Source of the DNA: Nitrosotalea sp.
GTDB taxonomy: Archaea; Thermoproteota; Nitrososphaeria; Nitrososphaerales; Nitrosopumilaceae
Assembly: GCA_025451075.1 (NCBI GenBank)
Contig: JANWLA010000041.1
Coordinates: forward strand, 68,315 to 132,314
Reading direction: 5' to 3'
DNA: 64,000 bases
Shown piece by piece: positions 20,579 to 30,318 of this stretch; the first letter of the stretch is position 1, and every line of letters begins with the position of its first letter. Made by a program: the position numbers and the translations under genes. A model generated the notes under the pieces. That model worked only from the letters and a program-made list of their open reading frames with translations. It ran no database searches and was not told where the DNA came from.

Positions 20579-20701
20579 TCAATCAAGCGGTTTTGATTTG
20601 TAACAGTCAGTACACACTTCAACAGTCTTGCCATATTTTTTAGAGTAATATGCCCCAAGTTCTCGGTGCAGTTGGCACATAAAGCAGAGGCCAAAATTCA
20701 T
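20579..20701 (-). CDS. Putative 40-aa double-CxxC microprotein
   Basis: Manual translation MNFGLCFMCQLHRELGAYYSKKYGKTVEVCTDCYKSKPLD*. Confidence 0.5.
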   Translation of the reverse strand: MNFGLCFMCQLHRELGAYYSKKYGKTVEVCTDCYKSKPLD

Positions 20702-20726
20702 GAAAACAGTTACGCTGATGTTTGTA

Positions 20727-21197
20727 TTAGATTTTGTGTGCAGTTACAAGTGGAATTTTTTTAAATTGTCCCAAGAAAGCAAAAAGGCCAACAATTAGAA
20801 CAAATGATACTCCAAAGAGCGGCATTGCAAGTGGACCAAATTCTGGAACTGTCGCAGTTATTGTTTTTGTTTGAGTTACAACAAACCCGTTTATTCTTGC
20901 ACTGGCAATTATGCTAAAATCACCAGATGTTGCACTAGAGGGAATCTTGAACAAGAGTGCAAAGTTTCCATTCTGATCAGATTGGACAGTCCTAATGAGT
21001 ATCAAGTTTCCTGACGAGTCTTTTATTTACAAGGCAACAAGTGAGTTTGGCTGTCCTGTTACAGTACCACTCAACTGGACCATATCACCTGGAATGTAGT
21101 GACCCTTGCTTGTGGCAAGCATAATCGATTGTTCCTCCTGGGCAAAAGAACTGGCGACTCCAGGCAATGCGATTAACATGACTGCAGCAAGAGACAT
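20727..21197 (-). pseudogene. PEFG-CTERM surface protein with one in-frame stop
   Basis: Signal peptide MSLAAVMLIALPG; frame continues PNSLVAL*IKDSSGNLILIR across TAA 21027-21029; ends VPEFG + TM + basic tail. Confidence 0.75.
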
Positions 21198-21216
21198 GAA
21201 TCGGTTTTTATTTTTC

Positions 21217-24200
21217 CTAGGAAAGACCGACAAAATATGATAGTTCATTTGATTGTGATGTTCCTCCCTTGTTTGGCCAGTCAGTAAATACATTGGCATA
21301 GACGCTAGCAAGACCGGTTCCAGACTGGGCCGGAACATAGTACGGGAGTACAACTTCAGATTGTCCAGGGCTTATGGAGTATTGTACAGATGCAGTGCCA
21401 AGACTGCTTATGTTAGAGTCAAAGAGGTTCACAGTTACAAGTGATTGCTCTGATACGTTAGAGTCAATTACCACTTTGATGTATCCCGTTTGGCCCCTAG
21501 TTATCATTGAAATTGGATTTCCTTGCTGGTCAGTTGGTTGTACAGATACTATTGATATTCCATTTGGCCCTGTAGCGTTATTTTCAATGTTTTGAATACA
21601 TGGGTTTACTCCATTTACGACAGTGAGTTGTCCTTTGTTGTCAAAGCATGATTGTACTCTGCTGTCTGCAAGACCATATGCAACATTTAGTTCACTGTTT
21701 AGGCTGACCATTTGTACATGATTAATTGTGGCATACTTGTTAAACGTGTCAAGTGCTTGACCTAAACTTCCTCCACCATCAAGAACTGACTGCATTGCAG
21801 TATTTGCAACTGTCACTCTTTGTTTCATAAAATTAAATTCGTCCTGGAATACAGAGTATGTTCTGTTGTCACCAACTGTTGTAAGGAAATTTTGGTATGC
21901 AACATCAGATGTGGTAGGAGCACTAGCAGTTGCAAGCGTGGTAAGATCCTGCTTGAGTTGACTGGCAGCAGCCTGTCTTTGCTGCAAGACTAGTTGTTGG
22001 TCAAGTGTTTCAGCAGTCTGATTTCCTAGAATGTTTGCCACCTGTCTCTTGGAAGCTTGAATCTCTTGCAATATTTTCATCGCCATTGGATTATTTTGCA
22101 GATTAGGGCCTGCCAGAGTTGTAAACTGGGCAGGTCCAACACTTGTTACATTTCCAGTCTCATTCAAACTATTGAGACTTACATTTACTGTACCAATAGA
22201 ATTGATCTTGTCATTTTGGGCAGTGCCATTTGCATAAGAAAGTGCAAGCAGATGTGCCTCAGTTGGACTCATAAATGTCATGGAATCATTTTGTATCGAG
22301 ACCCCAAGTGTTACTTCGGCTTTGTTGCTTGTCAGTGCAGTAGGCAACAAGTTTCCAGTTCCTGAAGACATTGCATTAGAGGTACTAGTGCAAGCATGCG
22401 GCGGTTGTGGTACATATGATGCTGGGAGTACTGAAGTGTCTTGTAGATCTGCTGCAAGACAAGACTCTGCAGTTAGAGGTGTTCCACCATTATTTGGCCA
22501 ATCAGAGTATACATCAGTGAAAACATTTGCCTGTCCCACTTGAACATTTGATGGAATGAAAAATGATAGAGTCATCTGAGAGGTTCCAGGGTTTACAGTT
22601 GACTTGATAGAAGTTGTTCCAAGGCTACTTTGGTTTGCATCAAAGAGGTTCAGTGTCAAAAGTGTAGGCATCTTCTCTCCAGATGAGATAGAAACCTTGA
22701 CAAACCCATTCTGGCCCTTTGGCAAAATTGAAACAGGATTTCCCTGTTGGTTTGTAATTTGTACCGAGTCAATTGAAACCCCATGAGATTTTATCACGTT
22801 AAACTCGGTTGAGTTGGTATAGTTTTTTCCATCAACTAGTGCGGTTACAATGTCTTGGTATACACCAGTTTGATAAGTATCAGGTATTTTGAATTGTAAG
22901 GATGCAGTACCATTTTCGTCAGTTGTGATTGTTCTTGATATTATATTGTCACCAGTTGGATTTGATACACCCACTGCAATACCTTGAAGACTCTGACCTG
23001 GGAGATTCACAGATAATGTTACAACATCACCATATGCATAATACAATTGGTCAGTGTTTAGCATGATAGATGATGGAAGTACAATTATTGTAGCTACAGA
23101 TGTTCCAGAGCTACTAGAGTGTTCACTGTCTCCACCATATGTTGCAGTAATTGTTACAGTATTTGTGGAATATGCTGATGGAGTGTATGATACAGTACAC
23201 ATGTCAGATGAAAGATAGCATGAGGATGGACTGAATGTACCTCCTGCATTACCATCAGTCCAGGTTACATCCCCAGTGACAGTAGTTTGAGAATTGGAGG
23301 CATCTGCTAATGTGGCAGTTAGCTGAACTTGAGATCCTTTGACAACTGATACTGGATTTGGTGTAACAGATGTCACAGTAGCATGCTGCAAGTTTATGGT
23401 CAAAGCAGATGTGCCGGTACTCACAGAATGCGCACTGTCTCCACCATATGAGGCAGTGATTGTTACCGAAGTTGGAGGACTAGAAGATGGAGTGTACAAG
23501 ACAGAACATGTACTAGAGGTGAGGTTGCAGGATGATGGATTAAACGTGCCACCTGTATTACCGTCAGTCCAAGTTACAATGCCAGACGGAGCAGTTGGCA
23601 AGCTTGACGTATCTGTAACTGATGCAGTAAATTGTACCTGGGATCCTTGGTTTATTGCAACAGCACTTGGTGTAACAGTTGTTGTAGTACTTGGTAATAG
23701 ATTCACAGATAATGTGAATGTTCCAGCGTTTGATTTGGCATTATGAAGACTGTCACCACTATACGTGGTAGATATCATTATGTTTCCGTTATAACTTGGA
23801 GGCGGAGTGTATGAAACGATACAGCTTCCAGATGATATACTACACGATGACGGATTGAATGTACCACCGACACCATTGTCACTCCAAGATATTGTACCAG
23901 TAGGAATGGTTGGTGAATTGAATGTATCCGTAATAGCAGCAGTAAGTTGTACTTGAGCGCCCGGCGATATAGTACTAGTACTTGATGTAATTTCAACTGC
24001 AACATTAGATGCAATGTTTGATGTCAAAGTAGCTGTGCCGGTACTTCCAGAATGTGTACTATCACCCCCATATCTTGAAGTGACAAGTATGCTTCCGCGG
24101 TAATTTGTATTAGGAGTATACGTTACTATACAATCACCAGATGAAAGACTACAAGATGACGGATTGAATGTACCACCGACATTACCATCAGTCCATGTTA

Positions 24201-24705
24201 CAATACCAGATGGAGTGTTCTGAGAGCTAGTTGTATCAAATGTTCGTACCGTGAATTGTATTTGTGATCCTTGTGTCACAGTGGAAGTGCTCGGTGCAAC
24301 AGCACTTGATGTGGAATCAAGTTGAACAATCTTTGTTGTAGTAGCATTGTTAGTAGGAGTTACAGGTGTGTTCAGGCTTGTGTTATTTTTGCTTGCAGTA
24401 TTCAAGCTCGTATTATTTGTGATTATAGAATGTGAAGAAACTGGACTGTTAGACGTAGAATTGATCACAGTTGAAGAACTATTCGCATTAGAGGTTAGAG
24501 CATTTGGTGAAGTATTGGATAAGTTTCCAGCATCAGATATGCCAGTATCTAGAGTTTCTTGTGCAGAAGTAGACACTACAGTAGAGTTTGATTCACCAAA
24601 TGCTATTGCGCTAGAATTATCTTGTGTGGGACCGATGGAAAAAGCATATTGTGGAAAAACCAATACTGTAGCAACTGAGACAAAGAGCAGAACCCTTAGA
24701 TCCAT
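21217..24705 (-). CDS. Large secreted Ser/Thr-rich protein with four Ig-like repeats and a duplicated C-terminal domain
   Basis: Signal peptide, many NxS/T sequons, 4x W.D.G..GGTF.PSSC..C.V.YTP..Y.GDS.H. Confidence 0.88.
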   Translation of the reverse strand: MDLRVLLFVSVATVLVFPQYAFSIGPTQDNSSAIAFGESNSTVVSTSAQETLDTGISDAGNLSNTSPNALTSNANSSSTVINSTSNSPVSSHSIITNNTSLNTASKNNTSLNTPVTPTNNATTTKIVQLDSTSSAVAPSTSTVTQGSQIQFTVRTFDTTSSQNTPSGIVTWTDGNVGGTFNPSSCSLSSGDCIVTYTPNTNYRGSILVTSRYGGDSTHSGSTGTATLTSNIASNVAVEITSSTSTISPGAQVQLTAAITDTFNSPTIPTGTISWSDNGVGGTFNPSSCSISSGSCIVSYTPPPSYNGNIMISTTYSGDSLHNAKSNAGTFTLSVNLLPSTTTTVTPSAVAINQGSQVQFTASVTDTSSLPTAPSGIVTWTDGNTGGTFNPSSCNLTSSTCSVLYTPSSSPPTSVTITASYGGDSAHSVSTGTSALTINLQHATVTSVTPNPVSVVKGSQVQLTATLADASNSQTTVTGDVTWTDGNAGGTFSPSSCYLSSDMCTVSYTPSAYSTNTVTITATYGGDSEHSSSSGTSVATIIVLPSSIMLNTDQLYYAYGDVVTLSVNLPGQSLQGIAVGVSNPTGDNIISRTITTDENGTASLQFKIPDTYQTGVYQDIVTALVDGKNYTNSTEFNVIKSHGVSIDSVQITNQQGNPVSILPKGQNGFVKVSISSGEKMPTLLTLNLFDANQSSLGTTSIKSTVNPGTSQMTLSFFIPSNVQVGQANVFTDVYSDWPNNGGTPLTAESCLAADLQDTSVLPASYVPQPPHACTSTSNAMSSGTGNLLPTALTSNKAEVTLGVSIQNDSMTFMSPTEAHLLALSYANGTAQNDKINSIGTVNVSLNSLNETGNVTSVGPAQFTTLAGPNLQNNPMAMKILQEIQASKRQVANILGNQTAETLDQQLVLQQRQAAASQLKQDLTTLATASAPTTSDVAYQNFLTTVGDNRTYSVFQDEFNFMKQRVTVANTAMQSVLDGGGSLGQALDTFNKYATINHVQMVSLNSELNVAYGLADSRVQSCFDNKGQLTVVNGVNPCIQNIENNATGPNGISIVSVQPTDQQGNPISMITRGQTGYIKVVIDSNVSEQSLVTVNLFDSNISSLGTASVQYSISPGQSEVVLPYYVPAQSGTGLASVYANVFTDWPNKGGTSQSNELSYFVGLS
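23090..24320 (-). repeat. Four tandem ~310-bp intragenic Ig-like repeats
   Basis: Protein repeats; identical 27-mer GATGACGGATTGAATGTACCACCGACA at 23846 and 24155. Outer limits approximate. Confidence 0.8.
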
Positions 24706-24746
24706 TTCGTTCTATATTCCAAATTCGGCAAATAAAGAATTGTTAC

Positions 24747-24766
24747 ACATTGTTCAGGAACAATGT
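24747..24766. promoter_or_regulatory. Inverted repeat ACATTGTTC-AG-GAACAATGT upstream of the surface-protein gene
   Basis: Perfect 9-bp arms just upstream of a minus-strand TATA-like TTCTTTATT (24731-24739). Confidence 0.5.
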
Positions 24767-24959
24767 TACTGATGACAAGACCGTGTGCTTCGACCATAAC
24801 CAAGTACAGAGATTTCATGTCCTTGAGGTGTACGGTACCACACTTGTTTAAAAGACTGACGCATCTTTTCTTCTAGTTACAACCACCAAGTAGTATGTTA
24901 ATCATGATTTTTGTTAAATCATTTAAATTGCATTATAATTTTTTGAAACAATTTTGTAA

Positions 24960-26426
24960 TTATTTCATTTTTACTTCGACATGTTGGCCATCAAGATTCA
25001 TTTTTATGCTAGAATATGGATATCTGGACATGTCATACTTTGAGAGATCTTCATTAAATGTGACTATTGTCTTTGAATCATTATAGGCTTGCTGTAGTTG
25101 TCTTCCCCTTCCAAGATCTATCAAAAAATGAGGATCTGCAACAAGCAGTATTTTGTGGGTTGTTACAGGATTGAACAGTATGAACGAGTAGTCATTTGGT
25201 ATGTTTTGTTTGTGAAATACATAGTGTAGAATCCATGAATATGCAGGACTTGCAAGTACTGTAGTATCATTATCATGTACATTTTGCAAAACAAACGACT
25301 CGGTCTGAAACTCGGTGCTGGTTACATTAACACTGATGACTAGCATGGTACTTGCCAGTCCAAATACGGCAATTCCCACAACTGCAACAAAAGGCAGAAC
25401 TTGATTCAGGTTTTTCTTGCGGATACGCTCCAGGAGATTCACCATGAACAATGATGCAGATATGCAAAACACCGGAAGCACTGGAATCCAGTAAAAGTAC
25501 TGGTTGTATCCAATCATGAACAGAAATATTACAAACGGGATAAACCAAAACAAAATAAAATAGTCCCTTCTAAGGATTGCAAAAATTGTTCCAGCAATTC
25601 CAAGAACAAACAAAACAGGATCAAGTTTGAGGAAAACTAGCGATATGTATGGCAAACCCATACTATGCCTTTGTGTCTGCCACAAAACATCTTGTAGCCA
25701 CAAACTAAATTGGTTTGTTTCTACTGCTTGAAGCGGCCATATGAGAGGGATCAGAATTACTGGGAGCATCCAAAGAACAAGCATTTTTGGATTTTTTCCA
25801 GTGTTAAAAAATATCAGGCCTGCAATTAATGGAATCATTGTAAAAACGGGAATCTTTGTAAATATTGCAGTGCCAAGCAGCATACCAGAAAACAGAACTA
25901 GAATGAGTTTATTTTTAGAATTTTTTGTCTTGAGCGCAAGTAGTATAGATGACAATAGAAATGGTAGCAATATAGAATCCAAAAGTATTCTTCTCATAAC
26001 CCACGTAAATGGCATAACTGCAAACAAAAGAGATGATGCTAGTGCAATTTTCTTGCCATATTTTGTATCAGCAATCAAATAGACAAGTAGTGTGTCAAGT
26101 ACTGCCAATAGCCCCATGATCATTCTGGGTACAAGATAAAGTGTAGATATTGAAGATGGATCCGTGGAGGGATGTAATGAATTTGGAAATCCAACCAAGC
26201 CCAGAGATGCAGCAAGAAAGATTTGCCCAAAATATGGATGGTCATGAAAATACCGGTCTTGCAACCCAAGGCCATTCAGTACATGCATTGCCCTTTCCAT
26301 GTACACGCCCTCATCGTAGAAAATATCTGGAAATCCTACAGCATTCCACAGATGTGTAAATCCAGACAGGGCAAGAATTATTCCCAGAATGTAAATTGCT
26401 TTAATGTGTGGAATTGTTTTACTCAA
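24960..26426 (-). CDS. GT-C fold glycosyltransferase (GT39/ArnT/PMT-like)
   Basis: FYDEGVY, DHPYFG, multiple TM helices, ILLDS, AIFTK. Confidence 0.82.
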   Translation of the reverse strand: MSKTIPHIKAIYILGIILALSGFTHLWNAVGFPDIFYDEGVYMERAMHVLNGLGLQDRYFHDHPYFGQIFLAASLGLVGFPNSLHPSTDPSSISTLYLVPRMIMGLLAVLDTLLVYLIADTKYGKKIALASSLLFAVMPFTWVMRRILLDSILLPFLLSSILLALKTKNSKNKLILVLFSGMLLGTAIFTKIPVFTMIPLIAGLIFFNTGKNPKMLVLWMLPVILIPLIWPLQAVETNQFSLWLQDVLWQTQRHSMGLPYISLVFLKLDPVLFVLGIAGTIFAILRRDYFILFWFIPFVIFLFMIGYNQYFYWIPVLPVFCISASLFMVNLLERIRKKNLNQVLPFVAVVGIAVFGLASTMLVISVNVTSTEFQTESFVLQNVHDNDTTVLASPAYSWILHYVFHKQNIPNDYSFILFNPVTTHKILLVADPHFLIDLGRGRQLQQAYNDSKTIVTFNEDLSKYDMSRYPYSSIKMNLDGQHVEVKMK

Positions 26427-26432
26427 TGCAAT

Positions 26433-26858
26433 CTATTTCCAATGGTTTGTGTGTTCTAGAAAGACTTGTCCATATTGCTGTGCGATACCTACTTCTGTTT
26501 CCCACGATACAATTCCTTTTTTTAACATGACACTCACTTGATAAAAATAATTTTCTAGATCAGGTGGACTGATTATCAATACCTCTCCACCACTGTTACC
26601 AGTAGTAAATTTATGAGGAGTGTCCTTTGGAATAATTATTACATCACCAGCCACAGCAGATACAGATTCTTTTCCAAGTACAAACTTGTAATCACCTTTG
26701 ACGACGTAAAAACACTCATTGCCCCTTGGATGCATGTGTAACGAAGGACCAACATTTGGAGGATGTACTGCATAAAGCAATGTGTAGGCGCCCTGAGTTT
26801 CAGAAGTCAGCGACTTGATTGTCATCAAGGAGCCATGAAAGTCAAATGTTCTATCCAT
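26433..26858 (-). CDS. Cupin domain protein
   Basis: GPSLHMHPRGNECFYVVKG, GDVIIIPKDTPH. Confidence 0.88.
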   Translation of the reverse strand: MDRTFDFHGSLMTIKSLTSETQGAYTLLYAVHPPNVGPSLHMHPRGNECFYVVKGDYKFVLGKESVSAVAGDVIIIPKDTPHKFTTGNSGGEVLIISPPDLENYFYQVSVMLKKGIVSWETEVGIAQQYGQVFLEHTNHWK

Positions 26859-27084
26859 GGTAGATTACGATTTCAGAACATGTAACGTTATAAAAAAGAG
26901 ATGACATGTGTTAGGCAGATCTGAACTGGCAAATAGGTCCAGGAAAATACGTTTGGAAAATAGACTCGTCCAGATTTTAATTAAAGATTATCAAAACTAG
27001 TTTTTTTGTATCGTAACACACGTTACACCGTAGTTTGTGTCTAGTAAGGCTCATTAACGGTGAATTTCATCGATTGACTAGAAC

Positions 27085-27543
27085 ATGAGTCGCTTGAGAT
27101 ATTGGAAACTTACAGTAGATGATGTCAGAAAGGCAGAGTATGACCCAAAAAAAGTATTGATTTGGGAGATAAAATGTCCAAAAGACGACAAGGGCGCAGT
27201 CTTTGGCGTATTCTCATATAGAAATGGAACCCCTTGGGATTATGATCTAATCAAAGGCATTGTATTTTATCACAACATGATAGAAAAGGAGGAAGTAGAC
27301 AGACTAACCAAATTCCTCAAGGACAAATTCGGTGGAGAGCCTGCAGAAAAAAGTTCAAGAATATTCCTAAAAGGCTCACGTGAGATTTTCACTCCAAAGG
27401 AGATTTCAGAACTTGCAGTCCAGTTAGGCGATAATTTTGAGGTTAGTACAGAACTCACAATAGAGCTTGAGAACTTTAGTGTTCCAGAACAAGAAAAGAG
27501 TAACTTGCCAGCAAGCAAGATACTTCCAATTCCTGGACTATAG
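27085..27543 (+). CDS. Conserved hypothetical protein
   Basis: 152-aa ORF with ATG upstream of tatC. Confidence 0.75.
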   Translation: MSRLRYWKLTVDDVRKAEYDPKKVLIWEIKCPKDDKGAVFGVFSYRNGTPWDYDLIKGIVFYHNMIEKEEVDRLTKFLKDKFGGEPAEKSSRIFLKGSREIFTPKEISELAVQLGDNFEVSTELTIELENFSVPEQEKSNLPASKILPIPGL

Positions 27544-27599
27544 TTACACAGCAAATAGAAAAAATACTATTAATACGGATTAACCTATTTTAATCTGCA

Positions 27600-28397
27600 A
27601 TGGATAAACCGATGACCATTAGCCAGCACCTTGAAGACTTGCGAAAAAGAGTGTTCAGATCAGTCATTGCAATAGGTGCAATCTCATTTTTCATTTTGAG
27701 TTTTCACCTTACACCATTTGTCTACAACGGCATCAAGCTGTACTATCCAATGTTCAGTCCATTTGACAACATGGCAGCGCAAGTAACAGTATCAATGAAA
27801 CATCACTTGCTGCCAACAACTGTACAGCTTATCCAGACTGCCCCAGGTCAGGCATTTTTTTCCCAGTTTTACATTGCAATACTGCTTGGAATGGTATTTG
27901 CAATGCCGGTCATAGTAAAAGAGTTTGTAGGATTTTTGGCACCAGCACTTCACAGAAAAGAGATCCGGATAATTAGAAACATAACAATTCCCGCAATTGT
28001 TCTTTTTGCAATAGGAGGTTTGTTTTCATATCTTTTTGTTACACCGTACATCCTACAATTTCTTTACAAGTATGGCCAGTCTGCAGACTTGCTTACGTTT
28101 CTTAATATCATGGATTTTATCACATTTGTGCTCCAGTTTGTTCTTGCATTTGGAGTATCATTCCAGTTACCGCTGATAATGTACGCACTTACGGCATCAG
28201 GATTAATCGAACCAAAGTTCTGGAGAAACAATATACGCTATGCAATAATTGCGATGGTCATACTTGGTGCAGCCATAACACCAGATGGAAGCGGAGTTAC
28301 CATGTGGTTTGTCGCAGGCCCAATGATTGTGCTATATCTAATAGGCATGGCAATATCAGAAAAACAGGCAAAAAATATTGCAACACTTAAATCTTGA
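27600..28397 (+). CDS. tatC: Twin-arginine translocase TatC
   Basis: HLEDLRKR, FLAPAL..KE, FGVSFQLP, AAITPD. Confidence 0.93.
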   Translation: MDKPMTISQHLEDLRKRVFRSVIAIGAISFFILSFHLTPFVYNGIKLYYPMFSPFDNMAAQVTVSMKHHLLPTTVQLIQTAPGQAFFSQFYIAILLGMVFAMPVIVKEFVGFLAPALHRKEIRIIRNITIPAIVLFAIGGLFSYLFVTPYILQFLYKYGQSADLLTFLNIMDFITFVLQFVLAFGVSFQLPLIMYALTASGLIEPKFWRNNIRYAIIAMVILGAAITPDGSGVTMWFVAGPMIVLYLIGMAISEKQAKNIATLKS

Positions 28398-28418
28398 TCT
28401 GCCGCATTTAAGCCACTA

Positions 28419-28595
28419 ATGGCATACGAGAATGTAATAATTGCAGTAGTAATCATAGGGGTTTTAATTTTCGGTGCAAAAAAGATCCCTGAACTTGCAA
28501 AAACATTTGGAAAAGCAAAAGGCGAGTTTGAGAAAGGCAGAATTGAATCAGAAAAAGAGCTCAAGGAATTCAAAGACAAAGAAGATCTCAAATAA
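28419..28595 (+). CDS. tatA: Twin-arginine translocase TatA (not in ORF track)
   Basis: Manual translation MAYENVIIAVVIIGVLIFGAKKIPELAKTFGKAKGEFEKG... (58 aa) after tatC. Confidence 0.92.
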   Translation: MAYENVIIAVVIIGVLIFGAKKIPELAKTFGKAKGEFEKGRIESEKELKEFKDKEDLK

Positions 28596-28717
28596 CTCCC
28601 TCTGCTAAAATCAACCCTAGTTTCAAATCATTGTATGAATATACATTCCTACAGGATACAATGAAAATCAGGTTTGCTTTAGATAACGCTTTTTTACCCA
28701 AGTAAAATAGATACGGC

Positions 28718-29809
28718 GTGATAAAAAAATCTGAGATTGTAGACATTGTAAGTAAGTATTCAGAGCCTGTCATTGGCACACTAGGAAGTCATTCAGCCTT
28801 GGAGATAATGGACGGTGCAAAAGATGAAAATTTCAAGACAATAGTGGTTTGCCAAAGGGGAAGAGAAGTTCCATACACGAGGTTTTCAAGGCTAGCTGAC
28901 GAGATCATCATGGTAAAAAAATTCCAAGACATGCTGTCACCCAAGATTCAGGCAAGACTAAGAGATTCTAGCACCATTGTTGTGCCACATAGAGCGCTCA
29001 CGGCATATCTTGGATATGACGGAGTTGAAAACAAGTTCAAGGTGCCATTGTTTGGAAACAGGGCATTATTCCAGGCAGAGGAACGAGCCAACAAGAAAAA
29101 TCAATACTATTTGTTGCAAAAAGCAAAGATACGATTTCCAAGACTGTTTAAGAATCCAAAAGACATTGACAGACCAGTAATAGTAAAAGTTCAGGAAAAA
29201 AAGCGCAAACTAGAGCGAGCTTTTTTCAACGTATCATCATATGCAGAATACAAGGACAAGACAGAGACAAAAATCAGACAAGGATTAATCTCAAGGGACG
29301 CACTCAAGACTGCAAGCATTGAGGAGTTTGTAATAGGTACTTATTTTAATTTCAATTATTTCCATACCCCAATATCAAAAGAAGTGGATTTTCTGGGCAT
29401 AGAAAGAAGACTGCAAACAAATCTACATGATTTTGTTTCATTGCCTGCAAAGCAACAACTTGAGACAAACATTGAACTACAAAATATTGAGGTGGGCCAC
29501 ACTCCTGCAAGCATCAGAGAATCACTACTTGAGAAAGTCATTGACATAGGGGACAAGTTTGTCAGTGCAGTAAAAAAAGAGTATGCTCCAGGAATCATTG
29601 GTCCATTTTCTCTGCAGAGTGTCATAACTCGTGAGCTGGACATAGTAGTGTATGATGTATCGCTACGAGTCCCAGGAAATCCAATTCTTGCCACAACCAG
29701 TCCATATACAAAATACAAGTATGGGGAAACTTTTGGAGTGGGACGCAGAATTGCCATGGAGTTAAGGATAGCCCAGCAAGAAGGAAAACTAGATCAAGTA
29801 CTGACCTAG
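28718..29809 (+). CDS. purP: PurP-family formate--AICAR ligase (ATP-grasp)
   Basis: GSHSALEIMDGAKDE, ERAFF, GHTPASIRESLLE, PGIIGPFSLQ, GRRIAME. Confidence 0.85.
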   Translation: MIKKSEIVDIVSKYSEPVIGTLGSHSALEIMDGAKDENFKTIVVCQRGREVPYTRFSRLADEIIMVKKFQDMLSPKIQARLRDSSTIVVPHRALTAYLGYDGVENKFKVPLFGNRALFQAEERANKKNQYYLLQKAKIRFPRLFKNPKDIDRPVIVKVQEKKRKLERAFFNVSSYAEYKDKTETKIRQGLISRDALKTASIEEFVIGTYFNFNYFHTPISKEVDFLGIERRLQTNLHDFVSLPAKQQLETNIELQNIEVGHTPASIRESLLEKVIDIGDKFVSAVKKEYAPGIIGPFSLQSVITRELDIVVYDVSLRVPGNPILATTSPYTKYKYGETFGVGRRIAMELRIAQQEGKLDQVLT

Positions 29810-30231
29810 GCTTCCATTTTCTCTTTTAGTAGGTTTTTTCGAACCAAGATTGGAATATTATAAAATGTTGCCAGCGCTATTGCATCAGATGCCCTATAGT
29901 TACGCATTACCAAATCATGTTTGCCAGTAAAGTAGACATTGGCACGCAAGACACTTCCACTTTCATATACCTTGATTTTTACAAGGACAAGTTCGTTGAG
30001 TTCTGCAATCTCTTCTACCATATTGTATATTGTTGGAATAGCTCCTCGCTGGCCCTCAGTAAAGTTAGTGATGTGCCTTGCAACCTCGCCTGAAAATGCA
30101 CGCATGTGAAACTCCTTGCCATCGCCTGATCTTAATATCAAAAGCCCTTCAACGCCATATGGGTCCACAAAACCCACATACGTTATCTTTGTCTCAGCAT
30201 AGTCAGAATCTTGAGGCTCATCAATCTTCAT
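29806..30231 (-). CDS. Bifunctional nuclease family (DUF151)
   Basis: RASDAIALA..IPILV. Confidence 0.8.
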   Translation of the reverse strand: MKIDEPQDSDYAETKITYVGFVDPYGVEGLLILRSGDGKEFHMRAFSGEVARHITNFTEGQRGAIPTIYNMVEEIAELNELVLVKIKVYESGSVLRANVYFTGKHDLVMRNYRASDAIALATFYNIPILVRKNLLKEKMEA

Positions 30232-30318
30232 GATTAGAACAAATATGTGATTACCTAAGATAAACACTTTGGAGAAAATATGAGATAGAATTTAATGTCA
30301 GAGTGAAGAAGTGGCAAA

